From Camelus dromedarius (Eukaryota): 64,000 nt of DNA. Of this stretch, positions 25,075-39,490 are shown piece after piece (the stretch's first letter is position 1; each line of letters starts with the position of its first letter). The notes under the pieces were generated by a model that saw nothing but the letters and a program-made list of their open reading frames with translations, was not told the origin of the DNA and searched no databases. The stretch spans positions 30,134,001-30,198,000 of the forward strand of contig NC_087436.1 of NCBI RefSeq assembly GCF_036321535.1, in the 5' to 3' direction. The translations under genes and the position numbers were made by a program.

Positions 25075-28000
25075 TTAATTTTTAAATAAATGTTTGTTCT
25101 TTAGAAGTTTTAGATTTACAGAAAATTTGTGAAAATAGTACAGAGTACCCACTATTCCTTGTTCAGTTTACCATCTTACTTGTCACATTAGTACATGTCA
25201 TTAGTTGCAACTAATGAGCCAATATTGACACATGATTATTATCTAGAGTCTACAGTTTTTCAAGGTTTATTAGTTTTCACCTAATGCCTTTTTTAATTTC
25301 CAGGAACCCATACATCATACCACATTATGCACAGTCATCATGTCTCCTTGGGTTTCTCTGGACTGTGACAGTTTAAATTTTACTATTTGTGATCTCCCTG
25401 ACTGTTTTGAGAGATACTTGTCAGGTAATTTGTAAAATATAGATTAGGATTAAGGGTTGGGATAGGATTTTAGAGGCAAAGCACCCTTCTCATCATATTC
25501 TCTCAAGGGTACATGCTAAGAGCATGATTATTACAATTGATGATGACCTTTATCACCTGACTTAGTTATTTTTGTCAGCTGTCTCCATCATAAAGTCATT
25601 ACGTTTTTCCCTTTTGTTTTTAAAGACATTGTACATGGCCCATACTTAAGGGATGGAAAGAACTGTTCCTTTTTCCTGAGAGACAATGCCTGTATAAATT
25701 ATTAAGACTTTTTTTTTCTGTGTGGGTGATTTTTCTATTCTATTCTATTCTGTTTTTTCAATGATTTATTTATGTCAACACAATGTTATTTATATTATTT
25801 CTCAAATTCTTCCAATGATAGGGAACCTTTTCATTTAGATCCTGTGTCCTTTTGACATACCCCCTTTATTGTGAGGTTTGTTTTGAGCACTTTCTTACTC
25901 TCTGGCTCATCTTACATACTCCATTTCCCAGCCACAGAATCAATCATTTCTCAGAAAAATTCTGGTTTCTTTTATGAGAAAATGTTATTAAAAAAAATGA
26001 GACCTGGGCTGAAGAAATAATTGCTAAGGGAGTGTCCTGGTTTCTAGACTCTCTTTGCTGACAAAGCAAAAAAAAAAAATGCATATAGTAACTCTTGTAT
26101 GTATACATATCCATAAATATTTTTGGATATGTACATTAAATTTGTACTGATGTTTTCATCTGCAAACTGGTACCACATGGATAATTCTACCCTTCCCCCA
26201 TCTTGTGAGTTGCTTCCCACTCCAACAGTGAAAAATCTAGCCCGTTCACATGCCACATGTTTTTTAATTGTTCAAACCCAGTTTTATGATCAGATCACCC
26301 AAGATGGCTGCTCTCTTGCTTTCTGTCCATCCCCTGCTCAACCAGTGCCTACTTCACCTATACCCTACTCACATGACTGACCTTCCTACATATTGACCCC
26401 GGCCCCAAGTAGTGATTGTTTTCATCTTTTAGATCAGAACATCTCCACCATGATAGCTTATCAAAGGGGCAGTGAGGAGCATGCTCCTTAGTTGGTTTCC
26501 CTGATGCTCAATAAGCCAACCTGATGTCTCGAGGATGGGCAAGTACAGGACTTGCAGGCTTGCAGGGTGTAGCCTAACACCAGTATATACGCATAAGGTT
26601 TGAGAATTGTTAATTTATGGGAAACAACTTTATCAACTATAAGACATTGTTTTTCTACAGCTTTTCTTGTCTTTTTTTTTTTAACCTTTAGTCTTATATT
26701 ATTAACTTATTTCCAGAATTACTTAATTCAGCATCATTTCCTCCCACCCATTTCAGTTAGGCTACTTCATAGATAAGTAAACCAGTCAAATTATTTTATC
26801 AAAGTTTTTACTTCACTCTGAGATATCTTGACTTCCTAAAGTATTTTTTTATAAGAATGTGTGTACTTTGAGGGTCACTCTTTTTATTGTAGTTTCTTTG
26901 GGTTTGACGAATGCATAGGATCATGTACAGTAATCATACAGAATACTTTAACAGCAATTAAACATCATCTTCCTCCTCTCCAAATTCCCAGCAACCACAG
27001 ATTAATTTATCATCTCTAAAGTTTTTGCCTTTTCAAAACTTTTTATAATGGAATTACATATATGTAGGCCTTTTCCTACTGTCATCTTTAACTTAACAAT
27101 ATGCAATTAAGATTTATCAATTTCTTTGCATGGCTTGGTAGCTCATTTATCTTTATTGTTAATAATATTCTAGTGAATGGATATACCATTGTTTGTTTAT
27201 CCATTCACCTACTGAAGATCATCTTAGTTCCATCGGTTATAGCAATTATGAATAAAACTGCTATAAGCATTCAAGCGCAAGGTTTTGTGTCTGCACATCT
27301 GTTGAATATACCTAGGAGTGTAATTGCTAGATCCTATGGTAAGAATATATTTAACTATGAAAGAAAATGCCAAACTGAATTTTATAGTAGCTTTCACAGT
27401 TTACATCCCCACCAGCAATGAATGCAAGTCCTTTCAGCTACATATCTTCACCAGTAATTGATTTTTTTGGGAGGGGTGAGGGAGGACTTTAAGGCATTCT
27501 AATAGCTATGTAGCTGTATCTCATTATTGTTTTAATTTGCATTTCCCTAATGCCAAATGATAATCATCTTTTCATATGTTTATTTGCCTTCTGTGTAACT
27601 TTTTGTTGACGTTTCTGTTCAGATTAATTGCCCATGTTTTATTGGGTTGTTTGTTTATATTTGAGTTTGCAGTGTTTGTATGTTTGTATGTTTTTCGATA
27701 CAAGTTCTTTATCAGAAAAGTTACCTTAAAATATTTTCTACCCGCTTGTGATATGTATTTTTATTCTCTTTACAGTACCTATGTCAGAACAAAATTTTAA
27801 TTTTAATAAATTCCAGCTTACAAAATTATTCTCTGTAGAGTTGTAGCTAAAGCCTCATCAACAAAGCCAGGGTTGTATACATATTTTTCTTTTGGTAGTT
27901 TTATAATTTTCCCTTTTACATTTAGATCCCTGCTATAAGTTAATTTTTGTGTAATGTTATCAGAATCACTTTTTGAAAAGGCTATCTTTTTTCCCACTGA

Positions 28001-29330
28001 ATTCCCTTTGTTCTTTTGTCCAAGATTAGTTGACTCTATCTGTGTGAGTTATTTCTGGACAATTTTGTTCCATTAATACATGAGTCTATTCTTTCGTCAA
28101 TACCATACTGTCTTGATTATTGTTGACTTATAGTAAACCTTGAAATTTCATGATGAGTGTTCCAACTTCATTCTTCCTCAGTATCACGTTGGTACTTTGT
28201 CCTTTGCTTTTTCATATACATTTTCAAGTCAGTTTGTCAACATGTGGAAAATAACTTACTGGCATTTTGATTGGGATCACATTGAATCTGTACATCAAAT
28301 TGGAAAGAACTGACAATTAACATTATTGGTTCTAACAATTCATGAGTACAAAATACTTCCTTATTTTTTAATATCTTTATTTCATCAAAGTTTTATGGTT
28401 GTTCACATGCTAAGCCTGTAAATATTTTGTTAGATTTACATATAAGCATTTTATTTTTCATTGTGATTATAGTTGGTATTGTTTTCTTTTAATTTAAAAT
28501 TCTAATCGTTTATTTCTTTCATATAGGAAAGCAATTGACTTTTACATATTGAGATTTTATCCTGCACCTTGCTATAGTCTTATTAGATTCAGGATTTTTG
28601 TAGATTCTTTGGTGTCTCCAATTTATATACTTTTTATATCATTTTAAATTTCTTTTGCACTATCTAGATACTCCAGTAAGATGTTGAATAGGAGTGATGA
28701 GAGAATACATCCTTGCCTTGTTCCTGATCTTAAGGGGAAGAGTTCTATTTCTTACCATTAAGTTTCATGTTGTTTTTAGGGTTTTCAAATATTCCCTTTA
28801 TTGGGCTGAGGTCATTCCCTTCTATTCTTAATTTTTTTTAAGTTTTTATCATGAGTGCATGATGAATATTATTGAGAGTTTTTTTTGTATTGTCGATATG
28901 AACAGTTTTTCTTATTCAGTCATTGATATGATGAATAGTTTTAATGGTTTCTGGATGTTGATGTGGCCTTGTATTGATGGAAGGAACACCACTTGGTCTT
29001 GACATAATCTTCTGCACATGGCTAGATTTATTTTCTGACATTTTATTAAGAATTTGTTATGTGTATGTTTCTGAGGGTCATATGTTTTAACTTGTTTTAA
29101 AATTGTGTTTTAATTGGTATTTCTAGACAATTTACATTTTAAGTGGTTATTGATATAGTTGGATTAATATTTACATCTTTGTAACTATTTGGTATTCTCC
29201 ACATTTTCTTTTGTTTCTCCGCCTCCCATTTCTTGTCATCTCTGATTCAAAGATGATTTAAATCTGTATTTTATACAATTCCATTTTATCTCCCCCCTTC
29301 ATTTATAATTTATTTATGTTTAAATGTCGT
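25075..29330 (-). mobile_element. L1MC/L1MD-type element: long 3' UTR plus degraded ORF2
   Basis: agttttagatttacagaaaatttg..atagtacagag terminus; gggtttgacgaatgcata; antisense ORF2 remnants (aataggagtgatgagagaatacatccttgccttgttcctgatcttaagggg). Confidence 0.8.
26283..26579. mobile_element. Short LTR-like insertion in the L1MC with a 5-bp TSD
   Basis: ccagt at 26278-26282 and 26580-26584; ends in cctaaca; host L1 sequence resumes after it. Confidence 0.65.
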
Positions 29331-29379
29331 ATTTTATTTAATTGAAAAATCAGTTTACTAGTCATATCATAAAGCCAGT

Positions 29380-29600
29380 TATTCAGAGTGGCAAAGAGAC
29401 CCCTGCTTTGATCTTTACTATCTACAACGAGGATATTTTTAGGTGGTGACTTAAATTCTCTGAGCTTTATTTATTTATTTATTTATTTACTGGGGGGAAG
29501 AGGTCATGGTCATTTTTTTTTGAAGAATTATTGAGTGGTACAAATATAAAAAGTGCCTGACATACCTCTGACTTTTAGTAGGAACAAAAATAATGTTTAT
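29380..29600 (+). mobile_element. Degraded MIR
   Basis: gtgacttaaattctctgagcttt..aaagtgcctgacata..taatgttt. Confidence 0.5.
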
Positions 29601-32600
29601 CACTGTCACAATCTTCACTACAATATATAAAAACTTTTTAATATTGCAGATTTTCTAGAAGTTTATGTAGAAAGTATATTGTCAATGCATTCCTGCTTTG
29701 ATTTAAGGTAGGTGGCTTATTTTTTCTCAGTTACAACTTAGTAAAATAAAAATTTTTAAATATCACTTTAATGGCCAGTGTCAGCAAACACATAGAAAAT
29801 CTGCCAGAAAACAGTGCTTCAACGAAGAGCGGTAAGACTTCAGGACTGTTCACACAGTATGCTACTCTGACAGAGCAAACAGACAGATCATGTATTTATT
29901 TGAATACAACTGGGAAATTTATGTACATGAAATGAAGATACTGAAATTATTGAAAAGGGATAAAAAACTGGCAGAAGACTCTATAAATAACTTATTTTGA
30001 TAACTAAACTATAATATCCATTTATAAAACACTGGCTATATTTTTTTAAGGCTGGAAATTATTGTTCCAGTAACTATTCTAAGAAAAACAAACTTATCTA
30101 ATACTCCTTATAGTAAAGTTGAAATTAAAATATTTATATTCAAATCATAATGACAATTAAATTAATGGTTTAGAGCCATGTAATTTCCCTATATTATTCT
30201 ACTGGTTTCTCAAACACTCACTGTTAAGACATTCAATTTTAATAATATTTATAAATAATATTCATTAATAATATTTATAAAATGAGGAAGCTGTGATTAA
30301 GGAGATTGCATGATTTTTCAGTTAGTTTGAATTAGAGCCATTAATAGCATCTTTTTTTTTTTTTTTTAATTCAGGGCTCTTTCTCATAGAAATCCTACTT
30401 ACTTCTTACAAAATCAGTGACTCAACAATCATTTATTGACTTTCTCCTACGAATTAGATACTAATGAATTCCATAGCAGATATAAAATTGGGGAAGTGCA
30501 TAATCTCTAACTTAGGAAAACAAAAGGGCATACATGAAATGCTAAACAAAAGAGTATCCATGAAAAGCTTACAAAATAAATTACAAAAAGATTACAAAAT
30601 AAATATTAGAGAAGGAAAGTGCCTCAGTGCTTGAAAATAGTGAGAAATGATACTGAATTGATATGTGATTGATAACCAGTATGTTTGACTGAAGGAAACG
30701 TTCTGTACACTGTCTCTTAAATGCTAGATAAGATTACAACCACAGAATGCTTTAATGTGAAACTTAAGAATGTGATCCTGTGTTTAAGTAATTTTAAAAC
30801 AACCTGATTATAAGTTTATATGTCAATCGGGATAGGATTTAGAATGAAAACTGGCATATCAAATACTTACCATATGCTCACAAATATAAAATGCTACCAG
30901 GTATTGGTCTTACTTTCAACACTCTGTAATACTCTTTCCTGGAGCATAACATCTAAAATTGAACAGTAGATTTCTATGCAAACAACGATAAAGGATAGAA
31001 TGTGGTAAATTTCATGAGAAGCACACAGTGTAGGGAACTCAGTACATGGACAAGTCGTATATGAATAGAGTTCAAAAAAGGCTTTTTGTGATTACTAATT
31101 TTTTTAAATTTAAGTTGATTGGTGAGAGGATATTATGGTATAAAGAGGAAAAAAACCAGAATTAAGAAGAATGATGCTTTCTGTGAGATAACGTATGACT
31201 TTATTTTAATAATTTAAATACAACAGTGACAAACAGCAGACCAAACCCAAGTATTATAATTTGAGATTTAACTGAGTGAATTAAAGTTCACTGATTTTGA
31301 TGAAAATGTATTACAAACAAATTATAAAAGTTTCAAAATAGCCCACACTGATACCTTCTGCACTTGAAAAAGGTTATAAAAAAGCTGTTTTTGTAATTTA
31401 TATGAATACCCCAAGAGCCCAAACTTCATTTTATGTCTGATTATAATAATATCTGCATGTATAATCCTCCATTGGCGGTAACAGATTGGTTTCAGAAAGC
31501 AAGAAATTAACGGCAAACAAAGAAAATACATTCAAATCCCTTGCCACTAAAATCAATAAACTGACCAATTTTAAAGCTGAGCTGTTTTATTATGTAGTAA
31601 TGAAGTTTATTTAGAGTTTTGGCAACCACAGTATAGCTCAGGGATTTATCAACCACTCTAAAACAAGGACATTTGCTTATTTCTTTAGTTAACTCAATTA
31701 CTCTTCAGATAGAAATATCTACTTTTTTCTTTTGAATATTTAGTTTTTGAAATTTTAAGTCTGTTCATTCTCCTCAGTCTTACTGAATAATTAGGCCTTT
31801 TATTTTGGTGTTTGATAGCAGAATTTAAAAAAACTGGCATAACTTGTTTTTTCTAGTATTCATTTTCTTAAGAAAAATAAACATCATTAAATTTCTGGAT
31901 TTAGTTCTATTAAATCAGCTCAATTAAATTTTAATTTGTGAGCATCACAAACATACATTACTGCCAGAAGCTAGAAATCAGGGAAAAGAGGATTTTACAG
32001 TTTAAAACAAAACCAAGAGTTCCAATCCCTGCTTATATTGTAAGAAAGTCATCTATGTTTGATATTCTATTCCACCATGATTTTATGGTGAATAATTAGG
32101 GATTTATGAGAATACAAAATCTGGAGTTTTTTTAAAGTAATATTATCAAAAGATAAACTTAATCATTCAAGCAGGATCTATAAATACGAATGTATTACAT
32201 AGTGCAGAGTACACAGCCAGGCACTTAGCTACTGAATAGAGGGTCTGATTTCCATCACTGAAGTCTTTATTGACATTCCTCACTATCATACATTTGGAAA
32301 GATGAAAGGTTATCCCACCAACATGCCAATAGCCCATAATTATTCCCTCATCTCTCCTTTTTCATTGTCATTGCCCATTTTAAACACTGAACAACTCAGT
32401 TTTGCTGTTGTCATGTTTTTAGTTTTTATCTGTATATTTTATCTACCTTTCCACTTGCTGTCCAGGCAGAGAATTTTGTGGCCACCTCAAATGGATTCTG
32501 GAGCCTAGCCTCTGCCAATTTTGACCAAACAAGAATCTGTTTTATGTTACCAAGCACTTAGGGAATCTGCTGTGATACATATTGGAACTTACTGAATTCT

Positions 32601-32763
32601 AATGATAATCCTGTGTTTAAAATACACATTACCTCCATTATCTCAAAGAGGAAATAAAGGCTCATAGATATTATGTGACTTTTCCAAGGATAGTTGGCAA
32701 TTGAGCAAGAGATACAACATATGAACATGTGAAAAGAACAATCAAAAAAAAATTTATAATCAT

Positions 32764-32872
32764 GTATGGTCATCACTTCACAGTATATATAAATATCAAA
32801 TCATTATGTTGTACACCTGAAACTAATATAATGTTATATATCAGTTATACCTTAATAAAAAAAAAATTAAAA
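32764..32872 (+). mobile_element. L1 3' terminal fragment (L1MA9/10-like) within older L1 sequence
   Basis: atatcaaatcattatgttgtacacctgaaactaatataatgttatat..aataaaaaaaaa. Confidence 0.8.
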
Positions 32873-33213
32873 AGCAATCAGCTTAAGTAACAATCAAGAA
32901 ATATAATAAAAATAATTAAATAGTATTTTTTTCATCATCAGATTGTTAAAAGTTTTGAAAAATCTGGTTTTGTTGAACATATGGAAAAATCAGCATTCTC
33001 ATTTATTATATAGAGGAAATGGAAATAAATATAATATTTTGAAAGAATTTTAACATTCTAATAAAAATTTAAAAACTTGTATCTTTTCACCCAGAAATTC
33101 CACTTCTAGAAACATTTCTTGTAATAGAGTCACAAAATTACATCTTGTGTATTTGTGCCCAATTGAAATTTGTGCAATTTTAGGAAAAGATAAAATAATT
33201 TTCTATTTTGAGG

Positions 33214-34022
33214 TATTAGCAGATGGAGGGACCCCTAAATTAGGAAGCCCGTCAAAGTGTGGGTTCTTGCCACCGGCTGTGAAAGAATTTGCACAACAGA
33301 GGCAGAGAGGGTCTATGTGAGCAGCTGCTTTATTGCTCAGAAGGGGAAGAGGAAGAAAAGCGCTCCAGCAATTGGCCAAGATGGATGGTAGGAACAGGTC
33401 TGGCCGGGTCGGGACACGTGGACTTCTATGGGAGGCTTCTGTCATCTTGTCCTCGTTCTAGGTGTGACAGAGCCAATCAGTCCTTGTTCAGACTTTTCCA
33501 GTTGTTGTCATGGCGCTGGTAGGTGTGTCATTTAGCACTCTAATACATTACAGTGAGTGTATAATAAGGCTCAAGGCCCACTGGAAGTCAGATCCTAACC
33601 AGTTCTTGTTTCTTCTCTACAACTGCTTCCTGAGACTTGAGTAAGAGTAATTGGTTTCTGGTCTAGGGAATGGCAGGGGTATGATCCTGGGGGCAACAGC
33701 GTTGGTAACAAGAAGGAAAGTTGCTTTAAACCAGAATGGTTGCAATCTGGTGAACCCAACATGCCTCCTCCCCAAAAAAAAACATCTCCAGAGATTCTGT
33801 TCAGCCATGAACATTTTAAAGGGAACTGAAGGAATAATCTCAGTTAATCACTGAGATATGTGGCCGGAGTCTTTGCCATCCCCCCAGTGCCTGCAGGCTT
33901 GTCCTAATCAACTGCTTGAGCCTGCTCTTCTGTGACTCAGGGAGGCCTGGGAGACTTCAGCTTTTCCACAAAAAAGAGTCAGGGGTTGGGGGTGGGGGCC
34001 CACAAGGTCCTGCTACCTTTTA
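33214..34022 (-). mobile_element. ERV1-like solo LTR
   Basis: Sharp GC-rich block; gggttcttg..aaagaatt motif; tttatt (minus-strand AATAAA) near 33.33 kb; near-TSD gagg/gaag. Confidence 0.8.
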
Positions 34023-37000
34023 GAAGCAGATATTAGATAGAATTTAAATTTTTAAAAGAAAATGACAAGTATATAATGTGTTTCTATATATCTAAAAATA
34101 ATTATTCATATTTAAATTGTGAAGTAAACTGAAAGCATTAGTTTCTAATGAAAGAAACTTTCTGTTTTTATTCAATAATATATGCTTCATATTGCTTGGA
34201 TTTTACAAGAAGTATGCATTTTTAAATTACCTTGTAAATAATAATAAAGATAAATATATCTCAAAGTAATAGAAATAAACAAATATGTGATCTTAGATTA
34301 TATGATTTATATGTTGCTGATTAAATATTACACTGACTTCACGCAGTAAGGTAAAACAAAGAACTAGAAGAAATGCTCAATAGGATGGAATAAATAAGAA
34401 ATTATAATATATATAATATACATATATTTCTTCCTGTTGTACATATGGAGGTAAGTGTATGTATACACTGTTATATGTATATGCATGTATGTGAGTGTTC
34501 TTAAGGCTTGTCTTTCTAAGACATGAATGCCTAGAATTGCAGTGAATAACTTAACAAATGACATGTTGGTGCCTAAGAGAGAGACTTTTCTTCAAATGGG
34601 TAAGTATTTTTATTACTAGTCAATAGTTAATATAAACTAGCTTATCAAAGGATAAGGTAAATTAATATAACTATTTTAAATGTATCCATAGCCACTTCTA
34701 CAAAGAGCAAAAAATGTCTTATAAACTAAAATTAACTAAACATACTGAACACAGAATCGTAAGTCAAGTGAAACTACATTCAAAGTAAACAGAGAATCAT
34801 AACCACCCGCAGTTTCAAAATTAAGATGGAATAAAATACAACTTACAGATACTAAAAAACCTACTGATATACATAGTAGAATGGTGTCCATGGTTAATTA
34901 ATTTTAAAAATTGTTATAAAAGCTAGACATTAAAATGTGGTTTAGATATAACATCAATTAATATGAAATTAGTTAGAAACACATGAAATTCTGATCAAGG
35001 AACTGGAACTATTCACATATTTTTTTATTTTTATATTTATTATTATTTAATATTTATTATTTTTTCTTTATTTACTTGACTTTTTAAATGTGAACTTTTC
35101 TTCCCCCAAAATATGGATTCAATTATTTTATATTTGAAAGTGCCAAACATTACTGTCAAAATTATAAGGCATAATTTTGTTGCTTATTCATTTCTGCATA
35201 CGTATCGCCATTTTAACATATTCTCACAAAATTTTAATCTTTATTCAATATTTAACCTTTGTAAAATAGCAGATTTTTTCCAACCTCATTTTACAAGTAA
35301 CATAAAAGAAAGAAAAACATTGAATTTATTCAAGAGAACACTAATTAAAAAACAAAAGTAAAAGGAATATAAAGTTATATATATACATATATATCAACTT
35401 ACTTAACATTCCTGGTTATCTTCAGTTTTTCCTGTGGATTAATAAGTTGCTATACAGTGACATTTCCTTAACCTAATTTAGTGGATAATTCATTTCCTAT
35501 CTCCTTTCCTTGTACAGTGTAGTGTATGATGTCTTTATATTACAGGCCCCCAAATAAAACTTTAGGAATGCTGTTTTTTGCCACATTTTATTGTTTTTAA
35601 TCAGTTAAGATAAGAGAGAAGAAAAATGTATACTATATTTTATTACTACTGACATAAATATACTATCTTTTATAACTATTTTAGATAAGTCTTATTGCTC
35701 TGATTTAATTTTTAAATAATCTTACATACAAACACAAAATTACAACTCTCAAATATAGCAGGTGATAAGTTAAATATCAATTTGATATGTAGGCTTACTT
35801 CATAGTTACCATATAACAATTTTCATATTTATACTTAATTTTTAATAATTCAGAAAATCACCATTCCTGTCACTAATCAATACAGACAGAGCTCACTAAT
35901 TTAAATTACATTTGTTTTCTTGGGTAAAAATTTAAGTGTTGAATATAAATTCTGAAGGTCCTATCCAGCTACATTGTTTAGTGTCTATAACTGTAAATAT
36001 AGAATTAAAGTTTTGATTTGCCAACTCTACCTAAAAAATAAGCATTCTGCATATGTTTTACAGTAACTCTCACTCACCTAATCCCAAAATTGAATTTTAA
36101 TTTATTTTGATTCTGAGAAGTTTGAGCTATACAAGACTTTTCTTCTTCTGGATACAAGTAAGTACCATTTTAAATGGCACATGAGCTTAAAATCTTGCTA
36201 CAAGGCTCACAGCTTTACAAATATTTGCAAAGTTTGACAGCAACCTGTTTAAGTGCTGTTGGAGTTTTCAAAAATTCAAGTATCTGTGAAAATCTGAGAT
36301 TGAAAGCATTTCCTATGAACTGCTGGGGGAAAATTGGGCAGTTTCTCACACCTCAAATACAGACATGAATTGTAAGCCTTTGGTCACAGGCAGTATTATT
36401 CAGTTGCAAAATTTCTTTTCTAGTTGTTTGTGTTTTCATATTGCTATTATAAACTAATAATTTCCTTTTTTAATGAAATGTGAATACCATGGCTAACAAA
36501 TGTTATTATAACCAAAAACACTTTTACAGTTGTATATAAATATGTTAATGTATTTTTTAATGATGTATAGGAAAACATTGTTTTTCTTTCCATTTTCAGT
36601 TTTTGTTAAAACGCTGAGATTCAGCTCTGAAGTAAGCAGCATGTACCATCACGCATCTCTTCACATCTGCTTTGCAGCATGCCTGCACATGCAAAATGTA
36701 TTTTTCAGGGCACCGCTTGATTCATGAAGCACATAGGAAACTGCTAGTTAACCATTAGAAATCTTCTTTATGTTTTCTCTAACGAAAGCAATTTATAGCA
36801 TTTCAATTTTAAATCTTTGAGAGTGGCACAACAGTATCCTTCCCAAAAAAATAAAAACTATTAATAAATAAGTTCTCTTTAAAAGGAAAAGCTGACAAAA
36901 AGCCATTTATTTTACCAGTTTGATCATTTTTTGTACTCCCCAGAAATACAAATATACTTATTTTGTGGTTTTTATGCAAAATCTTACTCTACTGTTACTC

Positions 37001-37329
37001 AGAATCTATATTACAAAAATGCTTCCATTTTAAGCAGTAGCTATATACACAGAGGCTAAAATGTGTTCCTTATCACTTAACCTAGAGTAAAATTGTCTAA
37101 CAGTCTCTGAATGACTTTGAAATTTCTTTTGCAGAAAAAGAACAAAAAATAGCCAAGTTGATGGACTGAACAACCAACCTGTAATGGCAGTGATTTGTAT
37201 TCCATGAAAAGTTTTTAAAAATTTCTTAAGGCTTTTAAATATGGATTGGTGCAGTATATAATCAAGCAAACATTGATGAGATCTACAGGCAATTATTGAT
37301 AATGTATGTATTGGTATGTCTCAAGTTTA

Positions 37330-38060
37330 GCAAATGTTAACTAAAGATACAGACAATAATTTCCAGCCAAACATAGTGAGTCTTGTGGTGGCTGTTGTCA
37401 TCTGTCTTCAGTCAGTAAAAGAGGGGCTACCAACTATGAAAAAAGGAAACACAGTAATTTGAGTTCCATTACCTCACTCTTTGCCTTGAAGACTTTTGTC
37501 AATTCCCAGCTCAGAAGGATGGAGTCAAAGCAGAAATATGAAGTCTCATTGGGTTGGAAAGATAGTAAACAGAGTTGTCCCTGGAGGCTTGGCAGTTGCC
37601 CACATGTCTGGTACTAGAGCAGCAAAATCCTAGAAAAAAGAGAACAACAGAGAAATGAGTTTCAAAATTGGCATGCGGTTTTTCTCTTGAATTTGTTTCC
37701 CCTGAATTCTAATGTGTTGAATGGGGCAAGTTTCCAAGGCTAAGTTCAGACAGAAGTAACAGAAATCTTCAGTATTTGAACAGGTATTTCAGCAATTGGA
37801 TTGTACAGGAGGACAGGGGTTAGAATTCTGGGCCATGCAGGGTCTCAGGGCTCTGGTAAATATTGGGGGCTTAGGTGCTCTCATCCTAGACATAAGAAAA
37901 CCTACATTACAAAGAAGCTACAAGAAGTTCTCCAGGATGAATCAAAATGATAGTAGATGAAAGCTCAGAACCACAGGTAGGCGTGAAGAACACCAGAAAA
38001 AATATATAATAATGTCAAATCAGTAACTTGATAACAGAACCCTTCAAACACCATCTGGAT
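37330..38060 (+). mobile_element. Ancient L1 5' region fragment
   Basis: Resembles L1M4/L1ME 5' ends (aagtctcattgggttgga..agagaaatgagtttcaaaattggcatg). Confidence 0.4.
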
Positions 38061-38629
38061 CTCTGTACTTAGAGCTTCTACCATGGTACTATTTGATCTA
38101 AGACAGACAGAAATGACCCAATATTAAATCCTTGTAGACTGACAAGTTTATACAGGGAGACAATGCTGAGGGCAGGAGATGATAGTGGTGGACCTTCAGT
38201 AACAAGCTATGTCTCTGTGTGGTGAATGAGGTAACTCGCGTTAGGCGTGGAGCGCTGGCTAGAGTGTGGATGAGAAGACAGTCTAGGGAAGGAGAAATAG
38301 GCAAGAAACAAATAAGAAAACAGTGACATGTGTTGGTGTCCAGGGTTTACAGGCACAGTCTGAATAGAGGAACAGATTCACTCAGAGAAAAATAAGGACA
38401 AACAGCTGGAAAGAATCAGAAGGACCACTGCATATTAGAGTTCTGAAGTTTGCAGCATGTCCGCCATGATACTAGGGGAACTGGAGGTTTATCTCAAGGG
38501 ATTCCCAAAAGCACATCATACTTATAAAGGACTCCCTACAGTCTCCATATATTACATGTTGCACTTATATATGCTATTTTCACAGGTATATATGTGTTGC
38601 AGTAATTTACCAACTTTAAAATTATTTAA

Positions 38630-38868
38630 AGTAGTGCTCTCTAAAGGAAGGAACACTTACCTAAAGGATTCTCCTAAGGACCCATTGCTGAGAAAAACAC
38701 CAATGTTGAAGAAAGTACCAGAACTTTATTATTCTATTGTCTATCTCTTGCCATGTGGGGACTTGCACATAGCTTGCCAGGAATGCAGACCCTGAATTGC
38801 AATTCTCCAATTATCCAGAACAGACCCATCTTTGCTTGAGAAATACCTGGCTGTCTGTTTCATTACAA
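38630..38868 (+). mobile_element. Partial ERV1-like LTR (3' part)
   Basis: ggaatgcagaccctgaattgcaattctc..acccatctttgcttgagaaatacctggc resembles artiodactyl ERV1 LTR R/U5. Confidence 0.5.
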
Positions 38869-38869
38869 T

Positions 38870-39190
38870 AGGATACTACACACAAAACAAAACAAAAAAC
38901 TGTAAGTTACACAACATGAACGCATTTCACATTTTTAATATCGGGTGAAAAAAAGCCCAGCACTTGTAACATGAAGTTCCAGAACAGGCAAAACCTGCAG
39001 CTGTGGTGTCAGATGTCAAAACAATGGTGAAGTTGGGCCGTTACCAACAGTGCTTAGAGCCCTCTTCTTGTGCTGAACAGATCCTGTATCTTGATCTTGA
39101 TAGCTGTTACATGAGTTTAGAAAAAGGATCAACCAACTGTATACTTAATATTTTTGGAATGTATTGTGTGTCCATTATATATAAGATTTT
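38870..39190 (+). mobile_element. L1ME-like 3' end
   Basis: acaacatgaacgcatttcac..aagttccagaacaggcaaaac..ctgtatcttgatcttga. Confidence 0.6.
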
Positions 39191-39339
39191 TCTTATAAAT
39201 CCGCTTGGCCCCACCGATCTGAAACAGTATGCTTGATATGATATGCATTTTGCCTTCTAAAATCAAAATATTACAATTCTAACCTAGTCTCTTTATTTTA
39301 AATTATTAGCGTATAGACAATTATTATTTTTTTTCAAAT

Positions 39340-39490
39340 ATCAACTCAGTTAATCTACCTAACAGCCTTACAAAGTAGGTGATATGTTGCATATAGGAAG
39401 ACTGAGGCACGGGAACAGTAAGCAATGTTTGTGGCAGAGCCAGGATTTAAATTGTCACACACTGGTGCTGGATTTCATGCTCTGAACATT
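39340..39490 (-). mobile_element. MIR
   Basis: aggaagactgaggcacgg..gtggcagagccaggatttaaa. Confidence 0.7.

Noticed and set aside
30238..30283. Short direct duplication ttaataatatttataaa
   Set aside because: Low-complexity AT-rich slippage; no array or CRISPR-like spacer structure
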